Source: Phaeosaccion multiseriatum
Lineage: Eukaryota; Protista; Ochrophyta, other classes
Length of the DNA stretch: 64,000 bases
Assembly: GCA_965112735.1 (NCBI GenBank)
Contig: OZ218953.1
Span: 5,518,001 to 5,582,000 of the forward strand
Direction of reading: 5' to 3'
The first letter of the stretch is position 1; each line of letters opens with the position of its first letter. Made by a program: the position numbers and the translations under genes. The notes under the pieces are model-generated. The model did not search any database. It had not been told where the DNA came from and saw nothing but the letters and a program-made list of their open reading frames with translations. Below, in pieces: positions 11,938-24,170 of the stretch.

Positions 11938-13223
11938 ATGGTGCAAGCGTGCGTCGTGCTTGCGTTAGGCCTGGGATTGCCCATGGCGTTGAGCTGGTGG
12001 AGCCACTGGCAGAGCTTCGGTCATATCAATGCAACGGCGTGGAGTCTGATTGGCTTTCTCTTGGTGAACAGCCTCATTTGCCTGTGGGAACTTTGTTTGT
12101 TCTACAAGTACGACTTCATACGCAGCGTATACCAGAAAAGACTGAAGGACGGAACGGTCAAGGTGCGTAGAAGCATGAAAATATAGCCTTGGCAAGTGTG
12201 CTCCACGGACCTTGAGGCGTTTCTTGAGGCTTTGAGGGCCGATTGGTGGTTTGTCGGGATCAACTGCTTCTGAGAACATCCTCCTCCTCCTCCTCCTGCT
12301 GCTGCTGCTGCTCCTCCTCCTCCTGCTGCTGCTGCTGCTGCTGCTCCTGCTCTTATTCTCTTCAGAGCCCAACTGAACCTCTAATCCTGTTCAAGTCGTG
12401 CGGCGTGCGGCAAGTATTCTCCCCTTCGTTTTGGGCCTACATTTGGATAGACTACACACGCTGGGACCCTGCCTATGCCGACTGCTTCAGCTTTGGCTGG
12501 GCAATTGACGTGGGCAATGGGCACTCTACGCTGGTGCCGTCTGTGGTCATGCTCGTGTCCATCCTCTCGCCTGTGTTCTCCCCCAAGGCCACGGGCATAC
12601 TCGGCTGTCTGCTCTTCTGGCAGGTGCGGTAATGGGGGATCGACTGCATGTGTGGCCCAAAGCATCGACTAACGCCCTCAGCATGTGCGCTTCACACGCT
12701 CTCACACGCTCTCCTCCCAAGCACTTGCTACCCTGCTTGCCTGGTGCCTTCCTCGATAACTCCATGATTGCCCTCAACCTCTTGAGAACCGACTGCTGCC
12801 GCTGCTCTTCTCTGCCTGCCCCGCAGACCATGTACGGCACCATCCTGTACTTTCTTGCCTTTGTCAAGAACGGCCGAATAAAGGTACGAGTGAGAGGAGA
12901 GGTGCGGCTTCACGCACAGGCTTATGCATCTACAGTGGACGCTACCCGTCACGCCAGGGAATGGCAACTCTCGTTGGTGTGCCCATACACCGTGTGTCCC
13001 GCCCGCCTGCCCCTCCTCTCAACCTCCTGGAGGAGCAGTCCCTCCCACCCGTCTCAACCTCTCCCACCCTCCTCTCCTCCCCTCCCATCCCATCCAGGAA
13101 ACCGACGGCGCGGGGCTGTTACTGGTTGTGTGCAGCAACATCATCTGGATCGTGTTCCCCGCGCTGGGCCTCAAGGCGTGCTGCACCGCCATTATGGAGG
13201 ACTCCTTCCGCGTGCTGCAATGA
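11938..13223 (+). CDS. EBP/EXPERA-family membrane protein (sterol delta8-delta7 isomerase-like), 4 exons
   Basis: Spliced product has several TM helices and the EBP-like motifs W-IDY-TRWDPAY, QTMYGTILYF and NIIWIVFP. GT-AG introns follow TVK, FWQ and RIK. Confidence 0.7.
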
Positions 13224-13874
13224 CCCAATCCAATGACATGGACAAGGGCAAGAAGAGCGTGGCGTAGAGTAGGGTCCTTTGTCTCTACCGAGCACCCTAC
13301 TTAGCTACTCGCGCGCTCAAATACATTTACCCTATACACCCTCCTTTTGAGCATGAGCTGTCTGTATCCAAAATGTGTGCTAAGTATCGTACATATAAAA
13401 TATAGTATCTAAGTCACAGAAAAAAACTTTGCCTTGCCGTGAATATATATAATCCTTCGCCCGAAGGGCTGCGTAAGTATATAAAAATCGCCGCAAAAGC
13501 CCTGCCGCCGTGTCACCCTTTCTCCTTTGCTTACTTGTTATAGTCAAGTCAGTCGTACGTGCGGGTGGCCCCAACCAACGCACCTGGGCCTCTCCTCGGT
13601 CAGTTCTTCCCTCGACTCAACCTGGAGACCCCGGTACAACACTAAAATAAAATCATTTCCTTTCCTCACCTCCTCTTCCTCCTCCTCTCCTTCGTTCCCA
13701 GCCCTTGCTCGGGGTGTCCCTCGACTCAGTATCCCCGCTGCCCCCTGAAGCCTCGCCTCTCCTGCATCCAGCTTGGGGGTCAACTGAACTGAAGTGAGCT
13801 AAAGTGAGGCCCTGTGCTCTCCAGCCCCGTGCCCCGTATGCCCAATGCCATAGCCTCCTGCGTGCCCATATGCC

Positions 13875-15409
13875 CTATGCCATAACCTCCTGCAGCCTCC
13901 CCACGAGGTCCGCCTTCTTGCCAGTGCCCGGCACGTCCTTCTGCTTGCAGAGCTCGCGCAGCTGCTTTACAGTCATCTTCATGAGGCTTGCCGCGTCTCC
14001 CCCCGAGGAGGCCGCTGCGGGTGCCTTTGCTGCGGGCGCCTTTTTTGCGGGCGCCTTTTTTGCTGGCGTCTTTGCGGCTGGCGCCTTTGCTGCTGGTGCT
14101 GCTTGTACTGCTGGTGACCGTACCGCTGGTGCTGGTGCCTTCGGTACTGGTGCTGACACCGATGCCTTCGGTGCTGCTGCTGGTGCTGCTGCTGCTGCTG
14201 CCACCGATGCTGCTGGCGCCCCTGCTCCCCCCTTCCCTGCCTTGGCCTCCTTCTCCAACTCCGCCACCGCTGCTTGCATGACGGACAGCTGCCCCCGCAG
14301 CGTCTTGATCACCTCCAGCGCCGACGTCACTTGCCCCTCCGCGGCCTGCAGCCTCGCGTCTCTGTCGTCGCCTTCTCTCCTCAAGGAGTCCTGCTGCTTG
14401 CTCTGCTGGGCCAAGGTCTGCTGAAGCCTCACCTCGAGCTCCTTGGCCACCGACTGGTACTCAGCATTCTGTTGCATCGTCCTGTCCACGAGGGCCTTCA
14501 TCTTGGCCATAGCCTCGTCCTGGGCCTTTAGTGTACTTTCCCGCTCCTCCGCCGCCTCAAGCGCGCTGCGCAGGGAGACTGCCACAGTCTTGGCCTCCTC
14601 TGCTTCCTTCGTTACGGCCTGCAGCTTGCTCTGCAGTACTGCGGATTCCTCGCTTTGCTTCTGCTGCTGAGCGCTAATGCTGGCGCTGCTGGCGCTGCTC
14701 GCGCTCTTGGCCTTCTCAAGCTCTCGCGCTGCAACCTGGGCAGAGGCCTTGGCCTCCTCTGCTTCCTTCTGAGCGGTCTGAAGCTTGCTCTGCAGTACCG
14801 CGTAGTCCTCGCTTTGCTTCTGCTGCTGAGCGGCGCTGCTTGCGCTCGTGGTCCTCTCCAGCTCTGCCGCCGCGAGCAAGCACACCTCCTCGGCTTCCTC
14901 CTTGGCGGCCTCCAGCTTGCGCACCAACAGGTCCGCGGCCTCTTTGTCCGCCTGCAGCGCCTGCAGCTGCTTGTCCTTCTGGGCAATCGTCTCGGAAGCC
15001 TGCTCGTCCTTCTGGGCAAGCGCCGCAGCCGCCTCCTCGGCCTTCTTGTTGGCGGTGTCTAGCTGCTGCTGCAGAAGGGCCATCGCCTCCTTGTCAGCCT
15101 GCAGCCCCACACAACCGAAGTGAGAGAAGGGGAAAGAAGTGAGGGATCGCAGCAAGTCTAGACCCGTCTGTTGTGACGTGATGTGGCGTGCAAAATTGAA
15201 TTTGACCGGAGTACTGCTACGATCGTCCGAACGCAAGTACCCACACACTCACCTCAGCAACGCTCTTGATTTCCTGCTTCACGGCCTCGTTTTGGGACTT
15301 GAGCACCTTAACCTCCGCTTCGAGCCCTGCGTTCACCGCCTTCAGGGGGTTGGGCGTTATCTTTGCACGGCCGCAGCGCAGCACCGGACAAGAAAAAAGA
15401 GAGAGAACG

Positions 15410-15455
<46 letters not shown>

Positions 15456-16615
15456 AGAGAGATCCGTCAGACAGAGACAGCGCTTCTCGGGCAGCGGTGA
15501 AACCAGCGACGCCGCCCACTTCCCTGCTTTGCATTGCTCGCGCTGGCAGACATGCAGGTACAAGCCGTTCTCTATGGTGTGTGCAGGCCTGCACACTCGC
15601 CTGCACAGTAGAGGACCAACAGCCCACCCTGTCTCTCACCGTTGACTTGGCGGCGCCTTCTTCCAGCGCCTTGCCCGTGGCCTGCACGAAGTCCTCAAAC
15701 TCCTCTCCAATCTTCCCCGCCACCTTGTCGCCCACCTTGGTGCTCGAAAAGACATCAGTCACCACCCGAATAGAAGTCAGGGAAATGTCCCCAAGGGCTC
15801 GCGCCGCCTTCCCTACACTGTTGTCTTGATCCGCCAGATAGAAGCCCAAGCCCCCGCCCAGCACCGCCCCCCACAGGTCTAGGTCTAGGTCTAGGCCGTG
15901 AGCCGCTGCCATGCCCAAAAACAAGCCACTGGCTCCGGCGGCAAAGATCCTGGTGGCGTCCTTCTCAAACGCCTCCCCCCCCTTCTTCGCATTAATGCTC
16001 GGTACAGCAATCACGGCAGCATCCTTATTCTTCTCAGCAGCAGGAGCCCTCTTTTTTACAGCAGAAGTAGCCTTCTTCTTGCTAGCAGCAGTAGTCTTCT
16101 TCTTCTTCTCAGCAGGAGCCTTCTTCTTTACAGCAACAGCCTTCTTCTGTTCAGCAGCAAGCGCAGCAAGCTTCCTCTGCATTACCCCAGTCGCCACCTT
16201 TACGTCTTCTGCCGATTTCGCTGCCTCCAACCTCAAGATGCAGAGTCCTGCCCGTCCACCAGCGCAGCTTCTGCTCCGTAAGGTCCCCACGCTGTTCCCA
16301 CAAGACAAGCGAGGAAAAAAGAGATGAGAATTACACATTTTTAAAGTGTGGGGAGACATCTTTCAGAAGCCGCAAGTACGAGGACAACACACGCAAGCAC
16401 GAGGACGACACTAACCTTCTCTGCAAGACCCGGCTGCTGCTGCCGCTCCTGCTGCTGCACCCTTCTCGGCCTACTCTCTTCTCCCCGACATTGCCAACTG
16501 CCACAGGGCCGCAACAGGCACCTGGTGAGAGGAAGGCATCCACTGCCGCGGGGCCTGCAACGCACACCACTACTGCCAAGGCAGTCCACGCTGCAGGCCT
16601 CACTCGTTGCACCAT
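13875..16615 (-). CDS. Putative plastid-targeted protein with a hydrophobic segment, long coiled coil, Ala/Lys/Pro-rich linker and C-terminal SAP domain
   Basis: N-terminus MVQRVRPAAWTALAVVVCVAGPAAVDA|FLSP looks like a signal peptide plus ASAFAP-like cleavage site. The C-terminus LMKMTVKQLRELCKQKDVPGTGKKADLVGRL matches the SAP consensus. Multi-exon; ORFs 15217-16359 and 13875-15248 carry most of it. Confidence 0.75.
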
Positions 16616-16992
16616 CGCCCCGCCTGCTCCTCCCCGTGGTATGCCTAACACCTCCTCCCCCCTAAGACCCCCCCACACTTCGGATCAATTTTTTTTTCTT
16701 CCCTTTTACAAATCGAATAGGACGTCCGTTAAGTCCATCTTTTTCCTCTCCTCCCCCACGTGCTCGCTCCCAGCTGGGCGTGCTTCCCTATATAGGCTAT
16801 GGTTGAACTTCGCGAAAACGTACTCGGAGCAAGATGTGCAGCTGGACCCAAACAAACCCCGGGGGGGAATGATCGTTGAGTGCCATCCTTCCGCCATCAA
16901 ACTGAAATGCTTGCTTGACCCGGCCCCCCCTTCCCTTTCTCTAAGTTGGGAAGACAAGGCTGTTGTTGGCTGCTTAGGGACTGTAGAATACC

Positions 16993-17265
16993 ATGAGTGC
17001 AGCGGACGAGGACAACGTCGTTTGCGATAACTTGATTGGGGGAGAGGTGCTTGCTCCGTCCTCCGGCTCTTACCTGGACATTTGCTCCCCAGCAGAGGGG
17101 CGCGTTGTTGGGAAGGTTGCTTTAAGTACAGAGGAGGATGTTAGCAAGGCTGTGGAGGCTGCCAGCCTCGCGCTGGTATCCTGGAGCGCGCTCACCGTCA
17201 AGGTAGGGAGGCGCTTGATGATGTTCAAAGAAGCTTGGCTGTCCCTTCAACACCCGATACTTGTT

Positions 17266-17298
<33 letters not shown>

Positions 17299-20123
17299 CT
17301 TCCTTCCCTCCCTCTCCTCGTGCTTGCGCCAGGCAAGAGCAGCAATCATGTTTCGTTTCCAGCAGCTGATTGAGAAGAATGCGGACGAGCTGGCGGATCT
17401 GGTGAGAGCTGTAGACGCTCCTCTCTTTCCCGAATGTCCTTTCCTTTCCTCACATACACCTTTTGCTCCAAAACAGGTGGTGTTAGAAAATGGGAAAAAT
17501 AAAGCAGAGGCCCTCGCTTCAGTGGCCAAGGCCAACGAGACCGTGGAGTGGAGCTGCTCTCTTCCCAACCAGTACAAGGGCAGCTGCCTCCAGGTAGGAC
17601 TTTTCACCACTCACTGCTGGACACAATATACAATATGTGTGAATCTTGACGTACCATCATGCCCTGTCCATTCGCCGGCTCATGCTTGTTTATGCTCCTG
17701 TGACGACTGCTTGGCTGCGTAGGTGTCGCGCGGGATCGACTGCAGAGACGTCCGAGAGCCGCTTGGTGTGGTGAGTGTAGACGTCGCTCAGAGGAAAGGG
17801 AATGAGGTCGGCGAAAGGGCTGAGGGTGGCCGACGGAGATGGTTCGCCCTGTTCTCTCCAGCAAACTGGGCCACAACGAAGAACAGCTGCAAACGATACT
17901 GCCTTTGTTCTCTTTGCCTCTCTATCTTCCACAGGTTGCTTGCATAGTGCCCTTCAATTTCCCGATCATGTAAGTGCTCAGCGTGGATGCAAGAGAGCTT
18001 TTGTCATCGTGCCGCACGCCACATACAGGGCACAGAGCCCTGACCCCCCCCCCCCCCTGTCTGGCAGGGTGCCGATGTGGACGTGCCCCATCGCGCTCAC
18101 AGCTGGCAATTGCGTGATTCTCAAGCCCTCCGAGAAGGTGAGGCGTGTCTGTCTCTGTGCGTGCTGCGCCTCTCTCTCTCTCCTCCTTGTCGGCCTTCAA
18201 GCTGAGCAAGCACCGTGCAATCACCGAACCCGCCTGAGCCTCCGACTCTCCAACGCTGCCCCCGGTGGACACCACGCCTTGCCCCCGCCCGTCCGGCTAC
18301 CCTTCGGCGTATTTCCCTTGCTTTCCTTGACCGCTGCTCTACCTCCGCCCGTTTCCCTGCTTAATCCACTGCCCCTGCTACTCCTTACCCATCTACCCGC
18401 CTGTGTTTCCCTTCCCTTCCTCTTAAGGTGCCAATGACCATGCGGCGTGTGTCCGAACTTCTCATCGAGGCGGGCATCCCTCCCGGCGTATTCCAGATTG
18501 TCAACGGGACCAAGACAGTGGTGGAGGCTCTGTGTGACCACCCCAGTGTGGAAGCCGTGAGCTTCGTGGGTTCCAGTAAGGTGGCTGAGATCGTGGCGCA
18601 GCGCTGCTCGAAGGGGGGCAAGAGGTGTCTGGCCTTGGGGGGCGCAAAGAACCACCTCGTCGCCCTCCCGGACTGCAACCACGAGGTGAGAGAGGAGGAT
18701 TTGTAACACAAGAAGGGCACTCGCTTCGTATGGAATGCATAGGAGTGCTCACTGGCCCGCACCACGCCACGGTGGTGGTAGCTGGAGCTTCGTGAGCTTC
18801 CCTTCCTTTCCCTTGCTTCGCCAACCCCACACCTCGCCTCCCGCCTCCCACACCCCATCACTCAGGAGGCGGCCAAGGACATCGTGGCTTCTTTCTGCGG
18901 GTGCGCGGGGCAGAGGTGCATGGCGGCGAGCGTGCTCATCCTCGTTGGAGACACGGGGGATCTCCTAGAGAGAGTGCTCAGTGCTGCCAAGGGGCTGAAG
19001 GCAGGCACGCAGGCGGGGGACGTGGGGGCCGTGATTGATGCAGACAGTCAGAGGAGGATATTGGGCTTTATACAAGACGCAAAGAGCGACAAGGACGTTG
19101 AGGTGAGTGAGTGCGTGCGTGCGTGACAAAAGAAAGAATGGAGGAGGTCTCGAAAGACTCGCCCTGCTTGTTGTGGAGAGAGCACAGAGAGACCCGCGCG
19201 CGGCTGGAGCGCAATTCGAAGGTCCTGACGGGAGGCATGCAGACCGCCGTGGTTAGACTCTCCCTGACACTGAAGCTGGTACTGTCAAATCCATGACCCG
19301 CCCGACTCGTGCCCCTTCCCTTCCCCTTTGTGTCCGCGCTGCAGGTCCTCCTCGACGGCTCATCGTGGAGCACTCGCTCGCCAGGCACATGGGTGGGCCC
19401 CACTGTCCTGCTGCACGCCACACGAGAGGGCAGGGCCTTGCACGAGGAGATCTTCGGGCCCGTGCTGAGCGTGCTCAGGGTGGGGAACTGGCAAGAGGCC
19501 CTTGCCATCGAGAGAGCGAACCCCTATGGAAATGCCGCCTCCATCTACACATCGGTGGGGGCACACGCTGACTACTTCGCCTCGCGCTTCCGGGCAGGCA
19601 TGATTGGAGTCAACATCGGTGCGTGGGGGAGAGGGAGAGGACACGTGGGTGGGCCATGTGCCATCGCCACTCACTCACTCCCAAAAGGCGCCTTTAGCGA
19701 CACTGCCAGGCCTGTGTTGTTGTGTATGAAGTCATTGTGCTGCAGGAGGTGGCGTAGGTCGGACTGTTGTTCTAACACATTGTCCCCCACTCGCCGCTCA
19801 TCAATCTCGCCCTCCCTTCCCCCTTCCCGCCCCTCCTTGGACTCATCTCACGTGGCGGCGGAAACAAACCAATCATCATCAACGTTGAAGGCGTGCCTGT
19901 TCCCCGAGAGCCCTTCTCTTTCGGCGGCCACAGCAGCACGCTCTCCAAGTACGGGGACATGGACATCACTGGAGAGGGGGCTCTTGACCTCTTCACGCAC
20001 CGCCGCAAGATCACCACCAAGTGGCCCAGCGTGCGTCTCGCTGCGAGCGATGCGAGCTCGACAGGGCAGGGGGCAGGCCTGACACCATGTGATGATGTGG
20101 GCAGCTTCGTGGGGACCATGTGA
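16993..20123 (+). CDS. ALDH6A1: Methylmalonate/malonate-semialdehyde dehydrogenase (acylating), ALDH6 family, multi-exon
   Basis: Spliced motifs REPLGVVACIVPFNFPIMVPMW, ILKPSEKVP, VSFVGSS, LGGAKNH, catalytic FCGCAGQRCMAAS, EEIFGPVL, NPYGNAASIYT and GMIGVNIGVPVPREPFSFGG. Confidence 0.93.
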
Positions 20124-20615
20124 TGATGATGTGATTACATGAGGACCCATGAGGGAGGGGCACGTGCCTCTCAGTGGTCACCCGCCTCTGTTGCTGCTGC
20201 CGCCGCTGCTGATCGACGAGACGAGGCGATGAGGGTGCAGGTACAATACATACACGCCTTAAACGGGGGAAGGAGAACTCTTCTCTCGTCACATGGGTCG
20301 ATTCGGCTACTTACTGCAAGACGCGTGTCTTTTGATGCCCTCATGTTACAATGTTCCTAATCGTAAATATGACCTTTGATGTGAAGGGCGAGTTTATATA
20401 TTATAATACTGAATCAGATGCAGCAAAACGGAATCACTCAAGACTCAAAACGTCATTGCCAACTGTTTCGCTTCCAACGGATTGAGGCTGGGGGGCGCGG
20501 CCTGGAAAGACCATTCTATAGTGCTGGTCAAACTCCGCCGCAGCCCTTCCCTAATTACTCCCTCGACAACCGCCAAAGCTTCTCTTCCTTCCAACTAACG
20601 ACGAATCAAAACAAC

Positions 20616-22387
20616 TTAGAAGCACTTTCGGTGGACGATGCTGGGGCCAGACTCGTCGTACTGAGAGAGGAAGAGAGGGAGGGAGGCAGCAGGCAGACAG
20701 GGAGAGGGAAGGAAAGTGAATCCAACTGTTGCGTTGGAAGACCAAACGAGGACCCACAACCCCAACCCCCACTTGTATTGCTTACCTCGGCCTTGGAGAT
20801 CCACATCTGCTGGAAGGTGGACAGGGACGCGAGGATGGAGCCTCCGATCCACACGCTGTACTTTCGCTCGGGGGGGGCCACCACCTTGATCTTCATGGTG
20901 GAGGGAGCAAGCGCAGTCAGCTCCTTGGTCATGCGCTCACCAATGCCGGGGAACATGGTGGTTCCGCCGGACAGCACAATGTTGCTGTACAGGTCCTTTC
21001 GGATATCCACGTCGCACCGCATGATGGTCTGGAAGGTGCAGTCGTGGATGCCGCTCGCCTCCTTGCCGATGAAGGAGGGCTGGAAGAGCACCTCAGGGCA
21101 GCGGAAGCGCTCGTTGCCAATGACAATCACGTTGCCGTCTGGTAACTCATAACTTTTTTCTAGACTGGAACTCTCGGCCGCCGTCTTGATCTCCTGGTCG
21201 TAGTCCAGTGCCACGTAGGTGAGCTTCTCCTTGATGTCGCGCACGATCTCCCTCTCGGCCGTGGTGGTGAAGGAGTAGCCCCTCTCCGTGAGGATCTTCA
21301 TGAGGTTGTCCGTCAAGTCGCGCCCGGCAAGGTCCAGACGGTTGATGGCGTGGGGCAGGGCGTATCCCTCGTAGATGGGCACGGTGTGGGACACTCCGTC
21401 ACCGGAGTCCAGCACGCACCCGGTGGTACGTCCAGAGGCGTACAGAGAGAGCACGGCCTGGATGTTCACGTACATGGCGGGCACGTTGAACGTCTCGAAC
21501 ATGATCTGCGTCATGCGCTCTCTGTTGGCCTTGGGGTTGAGCGGCGCCTCCGTCAGCAGCACGGGGTGCTCCTCGGGGGCCACACGCAACTCGTTGTAGA
21601 AGGTGTGATGCCAGATCTTCTCCATGTCGTCCCAGTTGGTCACGATACCGTGCTCAATGGGGTACTTGAGGGTGAGCACTCCACGCTTGGACTGGGCCTC
21701 GTCTCCAACGTAGGCGTCCTTCTGGTCCATGCCCACCATGATTCCGGGGTGCTTGGGGCGACCCACGAGGGAGGGGAACACGGCGCGGGGGGCGTCGTCA
21801 CCGGCGAAACCGGCTTTGCACATTCCGGATCCATTGTCCACCACCAGTGCTGTTTGCAATGAAGTGGGGCGGGAGGGAGGAGCCGGGCAGGCCGGGGAGA
21901 GGAGAATATTTTGAAGAACCGTGAGTTTTTGTCGTTGGAAAAAATGACGCTACCAGGCAAGGAGGAGCATGAAGGAGGAAAGAGCAAGACCCAGGACCCA
22001 GGCCAGATCCACTGCACAAGAGAGATGAGGCCTGCTGTGGGAACTCTATTGGGGGGATGAGCTCTCATCCCACCCCGTCTCAGACCGAAAACAAACGATT
22101 CCAGCGGAGAGAACAAAACAACAGAAACTGGGCCAGCCTCTTCTCCAAAACGCTAAAGCCCGTACGCCAACCCGCCCTTCCCCGAGTATGCACGCCCTTC
22201 CGCCGCCTGCGCGCCCCCATAATCAACTCAGAGCGCTAACTCCTTGGCCGGCGCTCCTGAGTTGGCACGGTCAGAGAACGGTGGTCTTCTTTGAAACACC
22301 AACAGCCAAACGTCGACTCCCACCCACGACAACCGCGCGGCCTTGTCAGGTGCACTCCCCCTCACCTTGCACTTCGTCGTCCGCCAT
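20616..22387 (-). CDS. ACT: Actin (stramenopile type), 3 exons: 22387-22366, 21849-20786, 20660-20616
   Basis: Exon 1 ATG GCG GAC GAC GAA GTG CAA G|GTGAG gives MADDEVQA; the gene continues [21 protein letters not shown]...WISKAE|[14 protein letters not shown]. It carries stramenopile-like residues ([29 protein letters not shown]). Confidence 0.99.
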
Positions 22388-22618
22388 GCTGCTTTGTGTT
22401 ATGTTACAAGGCTGGCTGCTGTTTTCTCTATCTTATGACTTCGCTTCCTCGATCAAGCGAAAACCAGGGGGGCAAGTCCCACCCACCCGGGGCTTCGGTG
22501 GAATTCGAAACTGAAACTGGCGCGGAGATGAAGAAGCTGAAACTTGAAACTTTTTTTTATGCCTCTCTCCTCCATTTTCCCTGAAGTACCCTTGTCTCCT
22601 CCTCCCCCTCCTTCGGGC

Positions 22619-22636
22619 CCAATAGCGCGCTATTGG
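22619..22636. promoter_or_regulatory. Perfect 18-bp palindrome CCAATAGCGCGCTATTGG (inverted CCAAT boxes) upstream of actin
   Basis: Seen directly, ~230 bp upstream of the actin ATG. A regulatory role is inferred from position only. Confidence 0.4.
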
Positions 22637-22718
22637 TACGCATCAATAGCTACTAGCGTCCCGGCTGGCGCCGGCAAATAGGTGGTACGAAACGAAAAAA
22701 GGGGAGAAAATTGAAAAT

Positions 22719-24131
22719 TTAATCCTCTCTACCGGCCGCTAGGGTTTGCTTGATGAGCTTTCGCAGCACCTCCCTCAGAGCCGAGGCCGCCCTCTCCTCC
22801 TGCGTGTGGGCGTCGCGCACCCCTGCCTGGAGCTTGCGATAGCTCTTGTCCGCCTGGCGCTGCGCCCCGACCCACTCCGCCGTGAGCCGGGGGGGAGCGG
22901 AGGTCTCGCCCCTGGACGCTTTCCACAGACGCGCGCACAAGTCCTGCTCCGACTTGGCGGCGGCGGCAGCGGCGGCAGCGGCGGCAAGCCCCTCTTGCCC
23001 TCCTCCCTCCGCCGCCGCAGCAGCAGAGTCTCCGCCCCCATCTGCTCCTCCTCCTCCTCCTCTACTCCCTCCTGCCGCCGCCGCCGACGCATCCGCCGCT
23101 CCTGCCACTGCGGCCTTGCGAGCCATGACCCCCGTGGCAAAGCCCAGGGTGTCAAAGTCCGGCGGCAGCACGACCTTCCCCCAGCTGGCCTCCAGCGAGT
23201 GCGACCGCTGCTTCAGCATGCCTGAGAAGCGGCTCAGGGCGCGTGTCTTGAGCCCCGGGGCGACAGGCGAGCCGTTGAGGAGCTGCAGCTGCGGACAGAA
23301 CAGCCCCAGCCACGCCTCGAGCACGGGGGGGGACACGGCGAGGATCACGGGGTTGGACACGATGTTCAGCGCCTTGATGCGTGGCAGCATGGGCCCAAGA
23401 TCGCCCAGCTGCCGGAGGGAGGCAATGTCGTTGCTGGAGAGGCACAGAGACACCAGGTTGGGGAAGATGTGAGAGATGGCCTCCGCGCGGGGCAGAATGT
23501 CTCTCACGTGCACGTAGTTGAGGCTCGCGTCCACCACGTGCCCGGCGAGAGAGGCCACCTTGGGGTCGTCCATCCAGCGCCACACGTTGCCGTACACACG
23601 CAGCGTCATGCCGCCGGCCTTGAGCAGAATGCCATCTCTCTCTGGCCTAGAGCTTCCTGCTCCTCCCTCCTCGCTCCGTGCGGACGGCGCCGGGGGGGCG
23701 GGGGGTCTCTGCTCCAACTCAAAGTACCCCGCCACGTTGAGCTTCGAAGCCTTGGCCGTGCTGCTGCCGCTGCCGCTGCTACTGCTGCCGTTGCCCTCCG
23801 ATGCGCGCCGTCGACTCCTTCCGCTCGCACTTGCGCCTGCACCTGCCTTCGATCGCGGACGCTGCTGCAGCTCCCTCTGACCCTGACCCTGACCCTGGCT
23901 CTGACTCTGACTCTGGCCCTGGCCCTGGCCCTGCTGCTCTCCGTTCTGTTGCTGCTCGCCACCTTCTGCCGTGCCTCCCAGTCCCTCCATCCTGTGCTCC
24001 CACGCGCTAATAGCGGCGTCAATCGCCACCTTGCGCTCAGCCATGACTCGCTTTATCCTCATCTCACTCTCTCTCCTCCCGTGAGGAGCTCCCCCTCGAT
24101 CGCCGTTGCCACCGCCACCCCCACCTCCACC

Positions 24132-24170
<39 letters not shown>

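Noticed and set aside
13500-13870. Telomerase RNA candidate downstream of TATA-like boxes
   Set aside because: It contains no permutation of CCTAGACTGG longer than a few bases that could act as a template.
15876-15897. GGTCTAGGTCTAGGTCTAGGCC resembling the terminal repeat (interstitial copy or telomerase template)
   Set aside because: It lies in a coding exon encoding GLDLDLDL and has a 6-bp period, so the similarity is probably coincidental.
20606-21859. Actin with an aberrant MQT N-terminus and extended C-terminus, as in the ORF track
   Set aside because: Artefact of unspliced introns; splicing gives a normal MADDEVQALVV...HRKCF actin.
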